Source: an uncultured Weeksellaceae bacterium (lineage in GTDB: Bacteria > Bacteroidota > Bacteroidia > Flavobacteriales_D > UBA2798). Taken from it: DNA of 64,000 nucleotides. The position numbers and the translations under genes were made by a program. Numbering within the stretch: position 1 is the first letter of the stretch; every line of letters starts with the position of its first letter. The DNA lies in contig CAYWRZ010000001.1 in NCBI GenBank assembly GCA_964460845.1, positions 131,533-195,532 of the forward strand, written 5' to 3'. Of this stretch, positions 59,209-64,000 are shown piece after piece. The notes beneath the pieces are model-generated. The model ran no database searches. It saw only the letters and a list, made by a program, of their open reading frames with translations, and was not told the origin of the DNA.

Positions 59209-60417
59209 ATGAAATTCCATTTTGCTTTAGTTGATACGGTGGCGCAGGGACTCACCGAAATTTTTACCGGCTCGCGTTACGCCGATAGAGTGGTCGAGCA
59301 ATTGCTGCGTTCCAACCCTAATATGGGTGCCCGCGATCGGGCTTTTGTAGCCGAAACCACTTACGACATTGTGCGTTGGTGGAGACTGCTTCAGGAGGTA
59401 AGCGGTCATGAAAACAGCACCGAACGGCGTGCCGTATTGGATGTGATTTCGGCTTATTTCTTCATTTTTCATGGAGAAAGACCGCAATGGAAAGAAAACT
59501 ACGGAGTAAATTTTGAGTCCATTTCTGAAAAGTTTGAAGCGGCCAAAAGTCAACGTGCGCTGCGCGAATCAATTCCCGACTGGCTCGACGAGTTGTGTTA
59601 CCGGGAGCTGGGCGAAAAATGGGAAGCTATACTTCCTTCTTTGAATCGCACGGCCGAAGTAATACTGCGGGTCAACACCTTGCGCAGCGATAAGGCCACC
59701 GTACAGCAGGCACTCAAACAAGAGGGCACAGCAACACTTGAAGTAGAAGGCGCTCCCGATGCGTTGGTGCTGGAAAAACGCCAAAACGTGTTTCGCACCG
59801 AAGCTTTTAAAAACGGGCTTTTCGAAGTACAGGATGCCGGTTCGCAGGCTATTGCGCCCTTTTTAGAAGTGAAACCCGGCATGCGGGTAATCGATTCCTG
59901 TGCCGGAGCGGGAGGTAAAACCCTTCACCTTGCGGCACTGATGCAGAACAAAGGCCGTATCGTCGCGCTCGACGTAGAGCCGCGCAAGCTCGAAGAGCTG
60001 CGTCGCAGGGCCCGACGAGCCGGTGTTGCCATAATAGAAACCAAAGCCATTGAATCGGCCAAAACCATTAAACGCCTGCAAGGCTCGGCCGACAGACTGT
60101 TGCTCGACGTACCCTGTTCGGGACTCGGCACCTTACGGCGCAACCCCGATGCCAAGTGGAAGCTCGATGCCGAATTTATCGAACGGGTAAAAAAAATTCA
60201 GGCCGAAATTTTGGTTTCGCACAGCCGGATGCTAAAGCCGGGCGGGCGTATGGTCTATGCGACGTGCAGCATATTGCCTTCCGAAAACGAGCAGCAGGTG
60301 CAGGCATTTCTTGCTTCGCATCCCGGATTCGCGCTGATCAGGGAACAAAAAATATCGCCCGAGTCGCCTTTTCACGACGGATTCTACATGGCACTGATCG
60401 AGAAACAGGCCGAATAA
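59209..60417 (+). CDS. RsmB/NOP-family SAM-dependent RNA (cytosine-C5) methyltransferase
   Basis: Contains VIDSCAGAGGKTLHLA (SAM motif), LLDVPCSGLGTLRRNPD and YATCSILPSENE, with the two catalytic Cys. Confidence 0.85.
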   Translation: MKFHFALVDTVAQGLTEIFTGSRYADRVVEQLLRSNPNMGARDRAFVAETTYDIVRWWRLLQEVSGHENSTERRAVLDVISAYFFIFHGERPQWKENYGVNFESISEKFEAAKSQRALRESIPDWLDELCYRELGEKWEAILPSLNRTAEVILRVNTLRSDKATVQQALKQEGTATLEVEGAPDALVLEKRQNVFRTEAFKNGLFEVQDAGSQAIAPFLEVKPGMRVIDSCAGAGGKTLHLAALMQNKGRIVALDVEPRKLEELRRRARRAGVAIIETKAIESAKTIKRLQGSADRLLLDVPCSGLGTLRRNPDAKWKLDAEFIERVKKIQAEILVSHSRMLKPGGRMVYATCSILPSENEQQVQAFLASHPGFALIREQKISPESPFHDGFYMALIEKQAE

Positions 60418-60462
60418 TCGGAAATCGGGTGCCGGTATGCTATTTCGACTAACTTCGCTAAC

Positions 60463-61470
60463 GTGATTGTCTCTTTATACAGAACCAACCAGGGTACGAT
60501 ACTGCTCTCTTTACCGGTAGCGGGAGCCTTGCTTTGGACCCTGTTTTTTTTGAGCGATGCTTCGTTTTTCAGTCCGCCCGACAGCGCCTGGTCGGTACCG
60601 CTTATCCCTTTACCCTGGGAGGAAACGGCGAATATCCTTGCGTTAAAAATAGCGGGCTTATTGCTCAGCATAGGACAGGGCATTTTTTTCACGCTGCTGC
60701 TCCAGCGGGCCGAGCTTTTTGATCGGCAAACTTACGTACCCGCATTCTGCTGGGTATTTTTCTCGGCTGTATTTTTCCCTTCGGGAATGCTGAATCCGAC
60801 AGGAATAGCCTTGTTTTTCGTACTGGGGATGTTGTATTATTTGCTGAAAGTGTACCGACAGACCCATTCCAAAAGTGAAATTTTCAATGCCGGTTTTTGC
60901 ATGGGAATGGCGGTCCTCTTCTGCTGGCCGCTGATTGGCTTGCTGGCTTTTTCCTGGATTGCTATCACCATTCAGAAAGCGTTTTACCTGCGCGAGCGTG
61001 TGCTGGGCTTTATAGCCATGCTGATTCCGCTGCTGTTTGCCGAAACCTGGTATTTTGTACGCGACGGCGAATGGTTCGTACCTTCTTTCCCCGACTGGGA
61101 GAATGCCGTTTCGCCGCTGAAATGGCTGCCCGGATCCCGTTTGCAGCTTTTGGCGCTGGGGCTGCTGCTGTTGCTTATGTTGCTTTCGGCGGTGGTATTT
61201 CTGATGCGTTTGCGAGGTACCGTGATTAAGGTGAGGCGGCAAAGGCAATTGCTTTTCCTGCTTACCCTGATTAGTCTGGTTATATTCGCTGCCACGGCCT
61301 GTTATTACCCCGAAGCGGCGCTGCCTATACTGGTGCTGCCCTGTTCAATTTTCATTTCCTTTTGCCTGACGCATTGTAGCTTCAGGTGGTTAAGCGACCT
61401 TCTTTTCCATGTGCTGATCATACTTTGCATACTGGTTTGGCTGCAATCTTCTTCGCTGATTAATTTGTAA
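60463..61470 (+). CDS. Polytopic membrane protein of unknown function (GTG start)
   Basis: 335 aa with about 9 hydrophobic segments. There is no in-frame ATG upstream. Confidence 0.6.
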   Translation: MIVSLYRTNQGTILLSLPVAGALLWTLFFLSDASFFSPPDSAWSVPLIPLPWEETANILALKIAGLLLSIGQGIFFTLLLQRAELFDRQTYVPAFCWVFFSAVFFPSGMLNPTGIALFFVLGMLYYLLKVYRQTHSKSEIFNAGFCMGMAVLFCWPLIGLLAFSWIAITIQKAFYLRERVLGFIAMLIPLLFAETWYFVRDGEWFVPSFPDWENAVSPLKWLPGSRLQLLALGLLLLLMLLSAVVFLMRLRGTVIKVRRQRQLLFLLTLISLVIFAATACYYPEAALPILVLPCSIFISFCLTHCSFRWLSDLLFHVLIILCILVWLQSSSLINL

Positions 61471-61498
61471 AACGCCGTCTTTTTTAGCCCGAAATAAG

Positions 61499-61506
61499 TA
61501 CATTTG
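61499..61506 (+). promoter_or_regulatory. -7 box TACATTTG upstream of purQ
   Basis: Exact TAnnTTTG ending 22 nt before the ATG at 61529. Confidence 0.45.
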
Positions 61507-61528
61507 TGGTATTAAAATTTGGCTGCTC

Positions 61529-62221
61529 ATGAAATTCGGAGTTGTTGTTTTCCCGGGGTCGAATTGTGACGAAGACATGGTCTATGTGCTGCAAACTGTT
61601 ATGGGCCAGCAGGTAGAACGTCTTTGGCATAAAGATCGTGATCTGAAGGGTTGCGATTTTATCGTGCTGCCGGGTGGTTTTTCGTATGGAGATTACCTCC
61701 GTTCGGGCGCTATCGCCCGTTTTTCTCCGATCATGGACAAAGTAATTGCGCACGCTGAAAACGGCGGCTACCTGCTGGGTGTATGCAATGGCTTTCAGGT
61801 GCTTTGTGAGGCCAATTTGGTACCGGGTGCATTACTGCACAATACCGAGCGTCGCTTTATCTGCCGCAACGTATTTATCCGGCCGCAAACCACCGACACC
61901 CTGCTTACCTCGGGTCTCGAGCTTGAAAAAGCCTATAAAATCCCCATTGCGCACGGAGAAGGTAATTACTACGCCGATGCCGAAACGCTGGCTTCGCTCA
62001 ACCGTAACGGGCAGGTACTTTTCCGTTATTGCCATGCCGACGCTTCGGTAAACGAAGCGGCCAATCCCAATGGCTCGGCCGAAAACATTGCCGGAGTATG
62101 TAACGCCCGCAAAAACGTATTCGGTATGATGCCCCACCCCGAAAGAGCGGCTGATCCCGAGTTGGGCAACACCGACGGACGGGCGATTTTCAGTTCCATT
62201 GTCAATCTTGTACTGCAGTAA
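61529..62221 (+). CDS. purQ: Phosphoribosylformylglycinamidine synthase subunit PurQ
   Basis: Contains MKFGVVVFPGSNCD, LPGGFSYGDYLR, GVCNGFQVL (catalytic Cys) and MPHPER. Confidence 0.95.
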   Translation: MKFGVVVFPGSNCDEDMVYVLQTVMGQQVERLWHKDRDLKGCDFIVLPGGFSYGDYLRSGAIARFSPIMDKVIAHAENGGYLLGVCNGFQVLCEANLVPGALLHNTERRFICRNVFIRPQTTDTLLTSGLELEKAYKIPIAHGEGNYYADAETLASLNRNGQVLFRYCHADASVNEAANPNGSAENIAGVCNARKNVFGMMPHPERAADPELGNTDGRAIFSSIVNLVLQ

Positions 62222-62254
62222 CCCCACTGTATAAACTACAAAACACATACTATT

Positions 62255-62866
62255 ATGAAAACTCTTTTTACCAAAAGCATAGTCCTGTGCCTCGTAGCAC
62301 TGACCATTTTCGGCTGCGGAACTTCGCGTTTTGCAAGTCCCAAGCACAGCCACCTCAATTTGATAAAAGTAGATCCTACACAGCCCGAGAGCGATAAGAA
62401 ATTTGCTTCGCAAAAGGCGGGCAAACCCGCTGAAGAAAAAGAGCTGGCAGCCTTTACTCCGGCTCAGGAACAGACAGAAGCCGTATCTCCTGCCGCTCCT
62501 TCAACCGCGCAACCCGTACAAACAAAGCCTGCCGTTTCTTCGGCAGAAACCACAAAGGCCGAAAACCCGGTACATACCGATACCCCCCGCGTAGAAACGG
62601 CTACTGAAGAAACCGCCACTCCTGCCGGCGATATTCAGGGCACGCAAGACACTACCGACGACGATCGCATGATCTTGCTTGTGATCCTGGCCATCTTACT
62701 GCCTCCTTTGGCGGTGTACCTCGCACAAGGCGTAGGTACCTGGTTTTGGGTTACCTTGCTGCTTTGCCTCTTCGGCGGTGGATTTTTGTGGGTTGGCGCC
62801 TATTTCGGCGGACTTTGGCTCGTAGCCATCATTCTGGCACTGCTGGTGGTCTTTGGGGAGCTATAA
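62255..62866 (+). CDS. Lipoprotein-like protein with C-terminal YqaE/Pmp3 proteolipid domain
   Basis: MKTLFTKSIVLCLVALTIFGC lipobox, a ~110-aa Ala/Pro/Thr/Glu-rich linker, then ILAILLPPLAVYLAQGVGTWFWVTLLLCLFGG, which matches the Pmp3 core. Confidence 0.7.
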   Translation: MKTLFTKSIVLCLVALTIFGCGTSRFASPKHSHLNLIKVDPTQPESDKKFASQKAGKPAEEKELAAFTPAQEQTEAVSPAAPSTAQPVQTKPAVSSAETTKAENPVHTDTPRVETATEETATPAGDIQGTQDTTDDDRMILLVILAILLPPLAVYLAQGVGTWFWVTLLLCLFGGGFLWVGAYFGGLWLVAIILALLVVFGEL

Positions 62867-62898
62867 CCTCATTCTGAAAAACGTAATATCTATTGCAT

Positions 62899-62936
62899 AA
62901 AAAAGTCCCGGCGAAAATGTCGGGACTTTTTATTTT
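62899..62936. terminator. Bidirectional rho-independent terminator between convergent genes
   Basis: AAAAGTCCCG-gcgaaaatgt-CGGGACTTTT. Perfect 10-bp stem with a T-run downstream on either strand. Confidence 0.8.
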
Positions 62937-62952
62937 ATCGAAAAAACCTCAT

Positions 62953-63561
62953 TTACTTCTCGTAAAAGTGCATATCGCGGATATAACGATACACCGGATC
63001 GGTCACTAAATAACGTACATCTTTCCCGTCGCGGATAGCTTTACGGATAAAGCTCGACGATACTTTCATGACCGGTGCGTCGCATACCTCTATCCCGGGA
63101 TGAGCCGCATAAGGGCTTTCGGGATTGTATTCTTTAAGCTCTTCCGATTCCTGCTCCGTAAGCACACGCGGATACACGTACAGCTTGTGATTTTGCAAAA
63201 TCTGCTCGTGGTGTTTCCATTTGTGCAAAGTGCGCAAGTTGTCTTCGCCCATAATCAGCGAAAAACGATGTTGCGGATATTTCTCGCGCAGGTACGCCAG
63301 CGTATGAATCGTGTACGAGGGTTTGGGCAAATGAAATTCTATATCGCAGGCTTCGAGCTTGAGATTATCTTCTATTGCCGTTTTTACAAGCGCTAAGCGA
63401 TGGTAGTCGGCTAATAAAGAGTTTTTTTCCTTGAGCGGATTCTGCGGACTCACCACCAGCCATACCCTATCGAGACCGGTATATTCGGCCATATAATTGG
63501 CGATAATCAGATGTCCGACGTGGATCGGATTAAACGTACCGAAGTAAAGTCCGATATTCAT
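62953..63561 (-). CDS. nadD: Nicotinate-nucleotide adenylyltransferase
   Basis: Contains GLYFGTFNPIHVGHL (HxGH) and a C-terminal VSSSFIR motif. Confidence 0.9.
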   Translation of the reverse strand: MNIGLYFGTFNPIHVGHLIIANYMAEYTGLDRVWLVVSPQNPLKEKNSLLADYHRLALVKTAIEDNLKLEACDIEFHLPKPSYTIHTLAYLREKYPQHRFSLIMGEDNLRTLHKWKHHEQILQNHKLYVYPRVLTEQESEELKEYNPESPYAAHPGIEVCDAPVMKVSSSFIRKAIRDGKDVRYLVTDPVYRYIRDMHFYEK

Positions 63562-64000
63562 GGCCTGGCTAAAAATTCCCTTACCCGCGCTGCGGCTTCT
63601 GCACAGGCGGCTTCAAGGTTTTCGTTGAGCAGCATATAATCAAAATGCGGGGCATGATCCATTTCCTTTTCGGCTTTGGCCATACGGCGCGCAATGCTTT
63701 CGGGTGTTTCGGTATCTCGTCTGCGAAGGCGCTGTTCGAGGTGCGCGATGCTGGGCGCTTTCACGAAAACGGCTAATGCGCGTTCGCCAAAAATCTCTTT
63801 CAGGCGCAATCCGCCTACCACATCCACATCAAAAATGACGTGCTTACCGGCCGACCAGATACGTTCAATTTCACTGCGCAGCGTACCGTAAAAATGATCC
63901 GGATAAACTTCTTCCCATTCGAGGAAATCGCCGGCGGCTATTTTTTGCTTGAATTCGGCTACACTCAGGAAATAATAATCTTTTCCGTGCACTTCGCCGG
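63558..64000 (-). CDS. gmk: Guanylate kinase, N-terminus outside the window
   Basis: GKDYYFLSVAEFKQKIAAGDFLEWEEVYPDHFYGT is the central GMK block. The P-loop region is missing, so the M at 63992 in the ORF track is an internal GTG. Its stop overlaps the nadD start (ATGA). Confidence 0.85.
   Translation of the reverse strand, partial: GEVHGKDYYFLSVAEFKQKIAAGDFLEWEEVYPDHFYGTLRSEIERIWSAGKHVIFDVDVVGGLRLKEIFGERALAVFVKAPSIAHLEQRLRRRDTETPESIARRMAKAEKEMDHAPHFDYMLLNENLEAACAEAAARVREFLARP

Overview
This 64-kb window is chromosomal DNA of a Bacteroidota-type genome. The evidence is a T9SS C-terminal sorting domain, TAnnTTTG -7 promoter boxes placed close to start codons, and roughly 50 percent GC judged by eye. 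I call about 66 protein genes, densely packed and almost all housekeeping: fabD, folE plus a PTPS-type gene, aroA-aroB, a proline dehydrogenase, tsaE, tyrS, lysS, pheS, lipB, the rplM-rpsI-rpsB-tsf-pyrH-frr block, kbl, hemH, lpdA, gcvT, dxr, rnr, an ALDH7-type dehydrogenase, rseP, purQ, nadD and gmk. I saw no rRNA, tRNA, CRISPR array, transposase or integrase. One long gene at the left edge (1-1618, minus strand, PIG-L/LmbE deacetylase) is missing from the supplied ORF track because it has no stop codon inside the window. gmk at the right edge is also truncated by the window. The strongest leads are these. (1) A 32-33 nt ECF-type promoter, CTGTAAC-N16/17-CGTCACAC, occurs three times. One copy precedes the ECF sigma/anti-sigma operon at 57.3 kb. 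The other two precede adjacent secreted and outer-membrane genes at 25.5 and 25.9 kb, which defines a small split regulon. (2) An AT-richer 2.3-kb islet lies between tyrS and lysS. Its mazEF-like pair is bracketed by a near-perfect 41-nt duplicate of the tyrS 3' end, and a small ORF plus a DUF2335-type membrane protein follow. (3) A roughly 1-kb tandem duplication of an SH3b-type lipoprotein gene lies between kbl and rplM. It copied the rplM promoter and left a remnant of the kbl stop-codon region at the junction. Smaller oddities are an anti-sigma factor with three 70-aa repeats, an S8 peptidase with Glu at the expected catalytic Asp, and two A8 tracts in an outer-membrane gene. All calls were made by eye from the sequence and the ORF track. 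No database or HMM search was possible, so family names come from motif recognition and memory.
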